From assembly GCA_051874735.1 (NCBI GenBank), contig JBJEGD010000014.1, positions 1 through 50,259 of the forward strand: a DNA stretch of 50,259 bases. Direction: 5' to 3'. The position numbers and the translations under genes were made by a program. The notes beneath the pieces are model-generated. The model was not told the origin of the DNA. It worked only from the letters and a program-made list of their open reading frames with translations, and did not search any database. The stretch comes from Candidatus Bruticola sp. GTDB lineage: Bacteria; Vulcanimicrobiota; Xenobia; Xenobiales; Xenobiaceae. Numbering within the stretch: the first letter of the stretch is position 1; each line of letters begins with the position of its first letter. Positions 29,190 to 38,595 of the stretch are shown one piece after another.

Positions 29190-30203
29190 ATGGGTATTAC
29201 TGTAACTGCGCCTATGCGCATAGACTTAGCCGGCGGAACTCTCGATCTGCACCCTCTTTATCTTTTTTTAGCTAATCCGTTAACTGTGACTGCTTCTATT
29301 AATCTTTATTCAATGGCTGTAGTAACTCCCATTGAAGGAAACAGAATACGCCTTATTTCTGAAGATTTAGATCAATCAGTGGAAATGGAAAATACGGCGG
29401 AGCTTCCTTTAGGAGGCAAACTCGATCTTTTAGCGAGAGCGGTTAAGTTCTATGCTCCACAAGGAGGACTGGAATTACGTACTAAAAGCGCAGCTCCTAA
29501 AGGTTCAGGATTGGGCGCTTCTTCTAGTTTGCTAATGTCTATGTCTAAGGCTTTGAGCCTTTTTTCTAACCGCAACGACTCTATGCATGATCTAATTATG
29601 TATGGAGCCAGTTTAGAAGCTCAAAATTTACGTATTCCCACTGGATATCAAGATTATTACGGAGCCTGCTTAGGCGGTATAAACGGGTTAGAATTTAAAG
29701 TAGAGGGACATAATATCCGCTCTCTCTATTCTTCAGACGCTTTTTTCAATAAGCTTAACGAATCGATGGTTGTTTCTTTTACTGGTATAAGCCATTTTTC
29801 CGGTACCAGTAACTGGAATATGCTCAAGCGTTATATCGATAACGAAGGAGATACAGTTAAGCGCATGGAGGCCATTGAAGATACTGCCCATCAAATGTGG
29901 GACGCTCTAATTTGTGAAGACTTAGATAAAGTTGCTTTGGCACTAGATAGAGAGTGGCAAAACAGGCGCGGATTAGCAGAAGGCGTCACTAATGATCGCA
30001 TAGATTCCATGGTTCTGGCGGCTAAAAATGCTGGAGCCCTAGCTTCAAAAATCTGCGGTGCCGGCGGAGGGGGCTGCATGATTACCTTGTGCAAACCGGA
30101 AAACCGCAACCGCGTTATTGAAGCTTTACAATCGAAAGGAGCCGAAATTTTAGCGGTTTCTATCGATACAGAAGGCTTAAGAGTTTTAGAAAACAATAAG
30201 TAA
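29190..30203 (+). CDS. GHMP-family sugar kinase (HddA/fucokinase-like)
   Basis: APMRIDLAGGTLD, PKGSGLGASS, G.QD.Y, KICGAGGGG. Confidence 0.87.
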   Translation: MGITVTAPMRIDLAGGTLDLHPLYLFLANPLTVTASINLYSMAVVTPIEGNRIRLISEDLDQSVEMENTAELPLGGKLDLLARAVKFYAPQGGLELRTKSAAPKGSGLGASSSLLMSMSKALSLFSNRNDSMHDLIMYGASLEAQNLRIPTGYQDYYGACLGGINGLEFKVEGHNIRSLYSSDAFFNKLNESMVVSFTGISHFSGTSNWNMLKRYIDNEGDTVKRMEAIEDTAHQMWDALICEDLDKVALALDREWQNRRGLAEGVTNDRIDSMVLAAKNAGALASKICGAGGGGCMITLCKPENRNRVIEALQSKGAEILAVSIDTEGLRVLENNK

Positions 30204-30324
30204 CACGTCAATTATATTGATCTTAGGGTATAAACGGAGGCTGAAAATAGAAAACATCTTTTTGTTGGAATTTTCAGCTTTTTGTTTTACTTTAAAAGTA
30301 AATGGGGAGGGCTAAAAGTACTAT

Positions 30325-31599
30325 ATGAGTGAAAATGACAGATATAAACAAGCTTTAGAGGATAATTTTGGCCAAAACAGCGGAGCCAATGCTAGGTTTG
30401 GTAATCCCAATGTGCAGAAGCTGCTGCAGCAGCTAGATTCTGATCGGGAAATTCACACGCATTCTTGGAGTGAAAATAGCTTAGCTTCTTCTTCTAGAAA
30501 AAACAGTTCTTCGAATAAGGCCGCCGCAGATACTTTGGCAAGTTTGTCAGGCAAAGATCGTTTTATTCCTAGTCAGCAAGATCTTATTAAGTCGATTAGT
30601 TCTTCACATTCAAAGAGATCTTCAAGTTCTTCATTTTCAGACAGCCGATCATCAAGGAACTCTTCTTCTTCATCGTCTGAACAAACTAAAAAATATTATC
30701 CCGATTCAGATAATTCGACACTTACCAAAGAGACTAAACGTTTTGTAATAGGCTTAGGGCTGCTTTGCTTCATTATTGGAGCGCTTCTAATTACTTTCCT
30801 CTATTCTCCCTTGAATGAACGAGGAGCCAGTCGTGTACTGGATGGTACTGCCATAGGTCAGTCCCCAAATACAGAAGCGTCAAGCGCAGAAGATCCTAAT
30901 ATTACTGAAAAGGGAGCGGAAACTAATTTAGATAATGGCAACAATAACGACGCCTCTATTATTATGGAGGTAGATAGTAAAGTTTTAAGCGAAGGCGGAT
31001 TACAAACTGATAAAAAAACTTTGCCGGTAGTTGGTAAAATTAAGCTGGACGGTATTAAGGTTTACGTTGTAGGAGCAGTAAAGCGGCCAGGTATAGTTAC
31101 TCTTCCATTCGATTCAAGAGTTGATGATGCAATTAAAGCTGCTGGAGGCATGACTAATGACGCCGAGCCTTTAAGTGTAAATCTAGCTAAGCGCATAAAA
31201 GATGAAGATAAAATTTATGTAGCGGTTAAAGGTGAAAACAATACTTTGAGTGGTACTGGGGTTGTAGAGCAAAAGTCTGATACTTCCGGTATTGTAGCTG
31301 AAAAAACTAAAAATGATACTTCTAGAACTTCAGCTCCGGAGGCTGAGAACTCTGAGAAAAATAATAAAGCTAATGAGAATAAGAAGGAAAAAAGCGCAGA
31401 GTTTAAGATCAATTTGAATAGCGCTACAGAGGAAGAACTGCAGAAAATTCCCGGCATCGGTCCTTCTATATCTAAGTCTATTATAGATAAGCGCAATAGT
31501 ATGCCTGAAGGAAAATTTACTAATAAAGCTCAGTTGAAAGACGTAATAGGAGTAGGTGACTCCAATTATTCTAAGTTTGAGTCGTATCTTGACTTATAA
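30325..31599 (+). CDS. comEA: Competence DNA receptor ComEA with long Ser-rich N-terminal extension
   Basis: TM helix, SLBB domain VYVVGAVKRPG...RV.DAI.AAGG, HhH domain INLNSAT.EELQKIPGIGP. Confidence 0.88.
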   Translation: MSENDRYKQALEDNFGQNSGANARFGNPNVQKLLQQLDSDREIHTHSWSENSLASSSRKNSSSNKAAADTLASLSGKDRFIPSQQDLIKSISSSHSKRSSSSSFSDSRSSRNSSSSSSEQTKKYYPDSDNSTLTKETKRFVIGLGLLCFIIGALLITFLYSPLNERGASRVLDGTAIGQSPNTEASSAEDPNITEKGAETNLDNGNNNDASIIMEVDSKVLSEGGLQTDKKTLPVVGKIKLDGIKVYVVGAVKRPGIVTLPFDSRVDDAIKAAGGMTNDAEPLSVNLAKRIKDEDKIYVAVKGENNTLSGTGVVEQKSDTSGIVAEKTKNDTSRTSAPEAENSEKNNKANENKKEKSAEFKINLNSATEEELQKIPGIGPSISKSIIDKRNSMPEGKFTNKAQLKDVIGVGDSNYSKFESYLDL

Positions 31600-31629
31600 T
31601 AAAAATTAGTTTAGCAGAGCTGTTCTTTT

Positions 31630-32913
31630 TTAAGGTGCTTTACGGTTGTCTGAATCTAAATTTATATTTCCGGAGTTGGTGTATTTATAAATAAGACTGT
31701 GGAGCCAAGAACCAACGGCTAACATAAAAGAAGCACAGGAGAAAGCTTGAGCAGCTCCCAAACCTCCAGTTTCGCGCCAGTAGAAACAAAGAGCTAAATC
31801 TAACATAGTACAGCCGGCCAGCCATATAGTAGCATTCAGAGGCTGACCGGCTACATTGAAGATAGCCATCATAACATTGTAGCTATTGAAAAATATTATA
31901 CCTGGCAGCATCCACATCAGCATAACGGTGCAAGGAGCAAAATTAGAACCTAAAAGTAGATTTATACATTGAGGAGCCAAAGCGGCTGTCAAAATTGCCA
32001 GCACTAAATTGAAAGCTAGAAATATTACATTAATTTTCCAAACCATAGGTAAGCAGTCTCTTATCGTTCGGCAGTTGGCAGAGAGTCTGGGTAGCAGCAT
32101 TTGATTAACAATAAGCGTAAAAACTAAAGTTAAGCTGCGTATAGAACACACAATATTGTAATATCCAGACTGCTCTGAGCCAGCGTAGTACTGTATAATA
32201 AGCAAATCTGCCATCTGAATAGCACTATACAAAGCTGAAAAAAGGAAAGCTTTAAAATTATAGCTAGCCGATAAGCAGAAAACTGGCCAAGAAAATAGAG
32301 ATAAACTGCCAGTAAACTTAAAAGCGCTATATAAACGCCAAGTAGCCGAAGCTCCTATGCCGATTATAAAGACAGCAAAAAAAACGTAAGAAGAATTTAT
32401 ACCAATTCCAAAAAGCCCCAGCGTCAGAATAAAAATAATCAGTTTAGAAGAAAATTCTTGCCAATTGCATTCTTTTACCATATCGAAAGAGTAAAGCAGA
32501 GACTGAATTGACGTATAGACTAGCAGAAAAAAAGTGTAAATTACTGCGGAAATAAGAAAAATATTATTTAACGGCACTAAATCAGGATTAATGGCTTTGG
32601 CGGTAAAGAGCGCAATAGCCAATAATACTGCAGAAAAAAAAGATATACTGAAAGAATTACCTATAAGCTGTGATCTATATTCAATCCATTTGGCTCCTAA
32701 AACTAAATTGGAGATATTTAAACCGAAACAGCCAAAGGCGCATCCCAAATTGGCAATATTAAAAGCATAGGCCATTAAACCGCGTCCTTCCGGTCCCAAA
32801 GCTCGAGAAGATAAAACAATAGTCAGAGAACCGAGCAATACACCTGAAAATCTAGTTATATAAGTTATCAATACGTTGTTGATAAACTTATTATGAAGGA
32901 TACGCTGGAGCAT
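31630..32913 (-). CDS. Polysaccharide/oligosaccharide flippase (Wzx, MOP superfamily)
   Basis: About 12 TM helices, SRALGPEGRG, D..II.YY.G....GYY, G.GAA.A. Confidence 0.82.
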   Translation of the reverse strand: MLQRILHNKFINNVLITYITRFSGVLLGSLTIVLSSRALGPEGRGLMAYAFNIANLGCAFGCFGLNISNLVLGAKWIEYRSQLIGNSFSISFFSAVLLAIALFTAKAINPDLVPLNNIFLISAVIYTFFLLVYTSIQSLLYSFDMVKECNWQEFSSKLIIFILTLGLFGIGINSSYVFFAVFIIGIGASATWRLYSAFKFTGSLSLFSWPVFCLSASYNFKAFLFSALYSAIQMADLLIIQYYAGSEQSGYYNIVCSIRSLTLVFTLIVNQMLLPRLSANCRTIRDCLPMVWKINVIFLAFNLVLAILTAALAPQCINLLLGSNFAPCTVMLMWMLPGIIFFNSYNVMMAIFNVAGQPLNATIWLAGCTMLDLALCFYWRETGGLGAAQAFSCASFMLAVGSWLHSLIYKYTNSGNINLDSDNRKAP

Positions 32914-33052
32914 GTTTTTCTATTTTTAGCAATGCTTCTGTTTAGCCTGCTCATTTAATATTAAATATTAAGCATTAAGGTTAAGATACTACATTTGATC
33001 TGAAGATAGATAAATCAGGACAAATAGGCCATATAGGCAGCTACAAAATATC

Positions 33053-34453
33053 TTATATTTCCGATTTCGAAGAGGATAGAGACAAAGAGCGAAAATTCTT
33101 TATTAACATAATTAGCATTGTTTCCCAAATAATAATTAAAATTAGAATAAGCTTGTATTGAAAAATTGTATAGAATATAGGTAGGGCAGCACCGTGCAAA
33201 GTTTCACTATCCGCCAATATTAGTAAACTGGAAGTCACTATACAGCTCCAAAGAAGTTTAATTTGATATTCTTTTTGATATGATGAACTGATTAAACTTA
33301 TAAGAGAAAGCATTGGAATTATAGCGACTATATGATGATGACTCCAAGAAAGAGGACTGATTATCAACATAGCTAAAATCCAAGCCCCATATTCAGCAGT
33401 GAAAAGAGCAAATCGGCGGATGTAACTTATTGTTTCGCTGTTGTTGTTATTTTCTGTATCTAAGGAAGATATATGCGCTGCTGATAAATTTTGCTCAGTT
33501 TCAGTATTAGAGCTAACGTCATTTGAGGGGCTATTAAAATTTATTGTGGAACTTGAACCGATTTGCCATAATCCATATAATGTAGATGCAATTATTAAAA
33601 GGTTTAAAAATTTAATAACCGTTGAAGGCATATCATATAAACTGCTGCTTATAATGCTCATAATTGACTGATTAGACACAACTTCTTGGTAACTTTGTTG
33701 AGTAAACACAAAACTGCAATATTGACTGAAGCGAAAAAAGCCCCACTGTAAACCGGCAGAAAGGGATAAGAGAGCTAAAGATAATATAGCGTAGGCGGCT
33801 GCCTTGTACTTTTTTTTACTTATAAGCCAAAATAACAGTAAAGCGGGGTAAAGTTTTAACAAAATAGAGATAGCTAAGGCCAGTCCGCACCCAAAATCTT
33901 GTTTTTTCCAAGCGCATATAACAGTAGCAGCCAAACAGAAGAAAAAAAGTCCTCCTACCTGACCTAAAAGCAAATTATCTATCCACAGTCCCCAGCTGAA
34001 ACTTCCAACTGCCATTAATGCCCAAGTGATCCATGATTTTAACGAATTTTCCATTAAATTTTTGCAAAGAAGCAGCAAGCCGACTGCATAAAGAAAATAT
34101 TGCCAAAGAGCGTGCTGAATATAACCTTGAGCAAAGCTGCCTTGACAAAATGGCAAATAAAGTAAATAAAAAGGCAGGGGATGATTATCAAAAACGGCCC
34201 ATTTACCGTTAGATAAAGAAATAGAGAATAGCTTCATAGCCTCAGGATCGTAAATGTTAGCTAAGTTATTCTTTAAAGCTTGTACAGAAGCGTAATAGTG
34301 GAAGAAGTCATAACCTCCGCCATTTTCAACTGGATGGTACAAAAAAACTATTAAATTAGGATGAGTTAGCCACCCAATTATACTGAGAGCTAAAAGAATC
34401 AACCAGCATATAATAAGCTTTTTATTTTCTTTAATAAAAAAGTTGCTATTCAT
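33053..34453 (-). CDS. GT87/DUF2029-family membrane glycosyltransferase
   Basis: YDF..YY, HPLPF, L.LGQV, KLYP, NQS, SPLSWSHH. Confidence 0.8.
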   Translation of the reverse strand: MNSNFFIKENKKLIICWLILLALSIIGWLTHPNLIVFLYHPVENGGGYDFFHYYASVQALKNNLANIYDPEAMKLFSISLSNGKWAVFDNHPLPFYLLYLPFCQGSFAQGYIQHALWQYFLYAVGLLLLCKNLMENSLKSWITWALMAVGSFSWGLWIDNLLLGQVGGLFFFCLAATVICAWKKQDFGCGLALAISILLKLYPALLLFWLISKKKYKAAAYAILSLALLSLSAGLQWGFFRFSQYCSFVFTQQSYQEVVSNQSIMSIISSSLYDMPSTVIKFLNLLIIASTLYGLWQIGSSSTINFNSPSNDVSSNTETEQNLSAAHISSLDTENNNNSETISYIRRFALFTAEYGAWILAMLIISPLSWSHHHIVAIIPMLSLISLISSSYQKEYQIKLLWSCIVTSSLLILADSETLHGAALPIFYTIFQYKLILILIIIWETMLIMLIKNFRSLSLSSSKSEI

Positions 34454-34619
34454 AAGTATAAATTTCTCATCGCTATAGTAAAACTATGTTTATGGCGTCG
34501 TTTTTTCTATATTGCTAGGCTTTGACCTAGTTTTTCTAGAAGAGATAGGCGGCATTTGGCGGCTCAGTTATGGCGCGCGATGTTACAGCTATTTTAGGAA
34601 ATTTGGAGTACGAATCTCT

Positions 34620-35252
34620 GTGAAATCGATCATATGTAAGGCTGCTTTGGCAGCAGGAGCTCTTTGTTTGTACTGTTCAGGCACAGCCGTAAGCAAGCCT
34701 TGTTTATCTTCTGCAGAAGTATTTTCTAGGTATTCGACTACACTGACAATGCAGCCGCTTGATGAACCAACAGCCCAACTTTTAGCTCAGAACAGTTCAG
34801 AAGAAACAAATATAGATACTTCAACTTGGAACACGATTAGTGGCAGCGGATTCAAAGTAAAATTTCCCAACGATACTCAATATAAAAGAAATAATTACGG
34901 AGGCGTTTGGGTGCAAACTTGGGAAGCAGAAACTGATGAACCTCTGCATATGTTTAAGCTCGATCAGGCTCAATTTTCCAATGGCGTTATCAGTGGAAAC
35001 GATCCTGACGAATTTCTTTTTGGAGCCATTCAAAGCAAATGCAAAGAAATAAACGGGCAAGTTACCCAAAAAAGACGCATCCAAAATGAGCGCTACCCAG
35101 GATGCTTTTTTCAAATTAAAACTAACGACGCAGAATGGGAATATATGATTCGCCTCGATGGGGATACTGTATACACTTTATCGGTATGTTCCATGCCATA
35201 CGAAGCTGATGACGGCTACAGTAAAGCTTTCTTTAATTCTTTATCTTTCTAA
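34620..35252 (+). CDS. Secreted hypothetical protein (PsbP/Mog1-like pattern)
   Basis: GTG 34620 after GGAG, signal-peptide-like N-terminus, W.....GF.V.FP...FFNSL pattern. Confidence 0.65.
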   Translation: MKSIICKAALAAGALCLYCSGTAVSKPCLSSAEVFSRYSTTLTMQPLDEPTAQLLAQNSSEETNIDTSTWNTISGSGFKVKFPNDTQYKRNNYGGVWVQTWEAETDEPLHMFKLDQAQFSNGVISGNDPDEFLFGAIQSKCKEINGQVTQKRRIQNERYPGCFFQIKTNDAEWEYMIRLDGDTVYTLSVCSMPYEADDGYSKAFFNSLSF

Positions 35253-35285
35253 ATTATTTTGTACATAAAAATTATTTCTGCAATC

Positions 35286-35337
35286 AACAAAAGGCATAAT
35301 ATCTACCATAGATAGGTGCGGTATTACGCCTTTTGTT
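35286..35337. terminator. Hairpin/terminator between convergent genes
   Basis: AACAAAAGGC / GCCTTTTGTT arms with further internal pairing. Confidence 0.6.
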
Positions 35338-35410
35338 ATTTATATATATCAATTATGGAAATCCTTAATTGATATAGTTTAATAAGAAAAGTTGTATATA
35401 CTATAATTAT

Positions 35411-35983
35411 TTAATCAATAACTGTAACTCTCTTTTTTATATCTTCAGTTGGTTTGACTTCCGGTTCAGCAACAATACCTCCAAAGGGCATTTGAGCTAA
35501 CAAAATATATGATTCTGGCAAATTAAACTTAAATTTGACGGAATGATCAATAATAGGGTTGTAGTGTTGCAGTGAAGCTCCTATCTGGAGATCACGCAAA
35601 GCACTCCAAACGGCTAACTGCAGCATGCCATTAGCTTGGTTGGCCCAAATAGGGAAGTTATCGGCATAAAGTGGGAACTTTTCTTGCAGAGTGGTTACAA
35701 CGTTAAGATCGTAAAAATAGAGTATGGTCCCAGCGGCAGCTTTAAATCCAGCAATCCGCTCCGCAGAAACTTTACCGTTAAAAGCCTCATAAACAGTATC
35801 CCAAAGGAGATCGTGCTTTAAGTCAAAGATTACAACCGCTCGAGCACTTTTCATATTGAAGGCGTCAGGTACAAGTTCTACAGTCTGTTCCACAGTTTTT
35901 ATAATCAATTCTTTTGAGACTGGTAAATCTTTGCTGAGCTTATAATAACTGCGCCGTTTAGCTAAAGATTCCAAAATGCTCAT
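35411..35983 (-). CDS. Nitroreductase family protein (Frm2-like)
   Basis: RRSYY.L, P.AFN, GTILYF, GASLQHYNP, AQMPFG. AGGAGG RBS. Confidence 0.88.
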   Translation of the reverse strand: MSILESLAKRRSYYKLSKDLPVSKELIIKTVEQTVELVPDAFNMKSARAVVIFDLKHDLLWDTVYEAFNGKVSAERIAGFKAAAGTILYFYDLNVVTTLQEKFPLYADNFPIWANQANGMLQLAVWSALRDLQIGASLQHYNPIIDHSVKFKFNLPESYILLAQMPFGGIVAEPEVKPTEDIKKRVTVID

Positions 35984-36114
35984 AAATTTTATCGACCTCC
36001 TAAACCTAAAAATAATAACCAGCTGTTTTTGTCCTAATAAAATAAGATCATTAAATTAATAATCATCATAAATTATACACAAATACGAATTGCCAATGTA
36101 CAACTATAGCACAC

Positions 36115-36166
36115 AAAAAAACTATATCTATGATCGCCAAAGAAATGTTTGGCGATCATAGATATA
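36115..36166 (-). terminator. 19-bp perfect hairpin with a U-tract on the minus strand (orphan terminator-like)
   Basis: TATATCTATGATCGCCAAA (36123-36141) / TTTGGCGATCATAGATATA (36148-36166), with A7 at 36115-36121. Confidence 0.6.
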
Positions 36167-36801
36167 AAATAACGGACTAATAATATAGGAGTAAAAAACT
36201 AGTTAAATTACATAATATATAATCTATATAATCGTAATATAGTCATAAAAATAATCAAAAGTTAAGATATTATCTTCTAGTATTTATAATATTAAAAATC
36301 CCATATTTTAAGATGTTTTATATTATAAATTATAATAAAATGTTCTCTTTATAAATTCTCTATTATGATAATAATTAAGATATACAACTGATATAAACTG
36401 ATTTGATTATTTTTATATTTATATTAAAAAGTATTATCATAGTAATGATGATTTTATCTTAATAAAACTTGGATATAATTACGAAAAAATAAGAAAAATA
36501 CCAATATATAAAAATCTTTAATTATGATTGTGATAATTATAAATTTGAGTTTACCTTATAAATAAATTGAATTTAGAAGCTAGCTGTCAACAGTCCTCAG
36601 TTGAATAGAAAGCTTATGCACTCCCCTCAAAAACTTAACTAAATTACAGTGCATATCTCCTCTGCCAATAGAACTGGCGATGAACTAAATGGAGACGAAA
36701 AATTGTCTCAGGGCCATCGAATTTAACCATATAAAAACATGTATATACAACAAAAAAAACATAAAAAACCAGATTAATAATACATTTTTACAAAATTATT
36801 A

Positions 36802-36828
36802 TAAACAGATTATTATTTTTCTCGATAT
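36802..36828 (+). promoter_or_regulatory. Candidate sigma28 (FliA/SigD)-type promoter
   Basis: TAAA-N15-CTCGATAT versus consensus TAAA-N15-GCCGATAT, 53 nt upstream of the nucleotidase ATG. Confidence 0.35.
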
Positions 36829-36881
36829 ATATAATATAATACACCGGAGATTAATAATACGCTGAGAGTAACTATACTATA

Positions 36882-38450
36882 ATGCAAATCGACAGCTTTT
36901 CTTACCTACCTTTAACTGTATGGTCTGAATGTAGTTCTATCGACAGGAAAAATTCACTTACTAATGTCTCTGCAGCCCTTGATAACAGTACTGACCAGGC
37001 TAATAAAACGGATCTGTATTCTAAAGGCAGCGAAATTAGCACTTCTGGCGAGTCAGCAACTCAAGATATAAGACGCCTGCGTATTCTTCATTTAAACGAT
37101 TTGCACGGAGCAGCTTTACCTGAAGATGGCCGAGGTGGTTTAGCTCAAGTAGCTGCTGTAGTGAAACATGAAAAAGCTGAAAGGCCTGAGAGTTCGCTCG
37201 TACTTAATGCCGGCGACATAGCTGAGGGCACGATGATTTCTTATCTCAGCGAAGGAAGCGTAGTTAGTGAAAGTTTAGCTCAAATGGGCTGCGACGCCAT
37301 CGAACCAGGAAATCATGATTTTGCCTGGGGGCAAGCTACTATGCGTTCTATGCTAATGCAAACTAATGCTCCCGTAGTATGCGCCAATTTAGAGGCCAAT
37401 GAAGGGCACGAATTCGCCCAGCCCTATATTATACGCGAAATCAACGGTGTAAAAGTGGGCATATTGGGCTTAAGTACAAATGTCTCCAATTTTACTACGG
37501 ACAGTAAAATTGAGGGATTGCATTACAAAGATCCTATTGAGACGGCTAAACGGTATGTACCCCAAATGCAGCAGGATGGAGCTGATTTAATAGTAGCCCT
37601 GTCCCATCTAGGCATAGAACAAGATCGCTTACTGGCCGCCAACTGCCCTAACCTTGATATTATTGTTGGCGGCCATTCTCACACAGAACTGCCTGAAGGT
37701 GAATATGTAAATGATACTTTGATAGTCCAAAGCGGTTATAAAGGCCAATTTGTAGGAGAAATCGATCTTGAATTTGATATGACTACTCGGCGTATTACTG
37801 CTGCGGAAGCTGAACTGTTAAGCGTAGACGAGAGTGTCGAACCAGATCCTGAAGTAGATAAAATTGTCAAGAAGTTTACTCAACTTACTAATGAAGCGGC
37901 CCAGCGTCCTATGGGACAAGCTGAAGAGCGGCTCACCTATTCCCACAGCGAATGCGCTAAACTCGATCAAATTCACGCTGATTCTTTGCGCCAAGCTATG
38001 GGCACTGAAATTGGGCTAGTTAACGGGCGCAATTTGCGCGCTAACATAGAAACCGGCGAAGTCACTTACGAAGACTTGTTTAACGCTTTGCCACACACTG
38101 AAGATAACGCCATTCTTATGCAAATCCCCGGATCTCTGCTTAAGGAAGCTTTAGAACATCGCGTTGCCGGACGCATCGTTCCCGCTTCACCTTCCGGATT
38201 TTCTTATGTCTACGATTTATCCAAACCTATCGGTGAGCGCATCGTTTCTATCACTATGGATGATGGATCTGAATTTGATCCTGATAAAATTTATAACTTA
38301 GCAACTTCTGTTTCGTTCTCTGATAAAAAGATGTTCGACAACTGCGAAAAACAAGATATGGGATCGGCTCAGAAAATCTTTATGGACTACTTTAAAGCTG
38401 GTTCACCTTGGAGAAATGATCCAGACAGTCGAGTTAGACAGCTTAATTAA
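36882..38450 (+). CDS. Bifunctional metallophosphatase/5'-nucleotidase
   Basis: HLNDLHG, NAGD, GNHDF, LSHLG, GGHSH, plus a C-terminal 5'-nucleotidase domain (N...LRA.I..GEVT..D....LP). Confidence 0.9.
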   Translation: MQIDSFSYLPLTVWSECSSIDRKNSLTNVSAALDNSTDQANKTDLYSKGSEISTSGESATQDIRRLRILHLNDLHGAALPEDGRGGLAQVAAVVKHEKAERPESSLVLNAGDIAEGTMISYLSEGSVVSESLAQMGCDAIEPGNHDFAWGQATMRSMLMQTNAPVVCANLEANEGHEFAQPYIIREINGVKVGILGLSTNVSNFTTDSKIEGLHYKDPIETAKRYVPQMQQDGADLIVALSHLGIEQDRLLAANCPNLDIIVGGHSHTELPEGEYVNDTLIVQSGYKGQFVGEIDLEFDMTTRRITAAEAELLSVDESVEPDPEVDKIVKKFTQLTNEAAQRPMGQAEERLTYSHSECAKLDQIHADSLRQAMGTEIGLVNGRNLRANIETGEVTYEDLFNALPHTEDNAILMQIPGSLLKEALEHRVAGRIVPASPSGFSYVYDLSKPIGERIVSITMDDGSEFDPDKIYNLATSVSFSDKKMFDNCEKQDMGSAQKIFMDYFKAGSPWRNDPDSRVRQLN

Positions 38451-38499
38451 GAACAAGTGCAGAGTGTACATTGCCCAACCTTTATCTAAATCATCCGTA

Positions 38500-38528
38500 T
38501 TGCATGCTCAGAAGAACTATGGTATTCT
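38500..38528 (+). promoter_or_regulatory. Sigma70-type promoter for the nrdDG leader
   Basis: TTGCAT-N17-TATTCT with an extended -10 TG at 38520-38521, just upstream of the riboswitch. Confidence 0.5.
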
Positions 38529-38595
38529 CCATGTGCCGCTTCACAGTGTTACGCACTTTTAGCAAGCAGTAAGTCAGTTAAAAATTTATATCAAA

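Noticed and set aside
30480-30680. TCT/TCA-rich quasi-repeat in comEA as a tandem repeat or array
   Set aside because: Simply encodes a poly-Ser low-complexity region, with no fixed-period unit.
36073-36081. DnaA box TTATACACA (also at 13676-13684) suggesting oriC in the AT-rich spacer
   Set aside because: Isolated single boxes with no cluster and no dnaA/dnaN nearby. Each also overlaps a TATAAT -10 element on the minus strand upstream of a minus-strand gene.
36580-36654. 24-codon minus-strand ORF (MHCNLVKFLRG...) as a type I toxin or leader peptide
   Set aside because: The GAGGAG is only 2 nt from the ATG and the peptide is not hydrophobic. Not supportable.
36670-36720. Resemblance to fluoride, glycine or hammerhead motifs (GGCGATG, GGAGA..TCTCAGG, GATGA..GAAA)
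   Set aside because: Only short words match; the required stems and conserved cores are absent.
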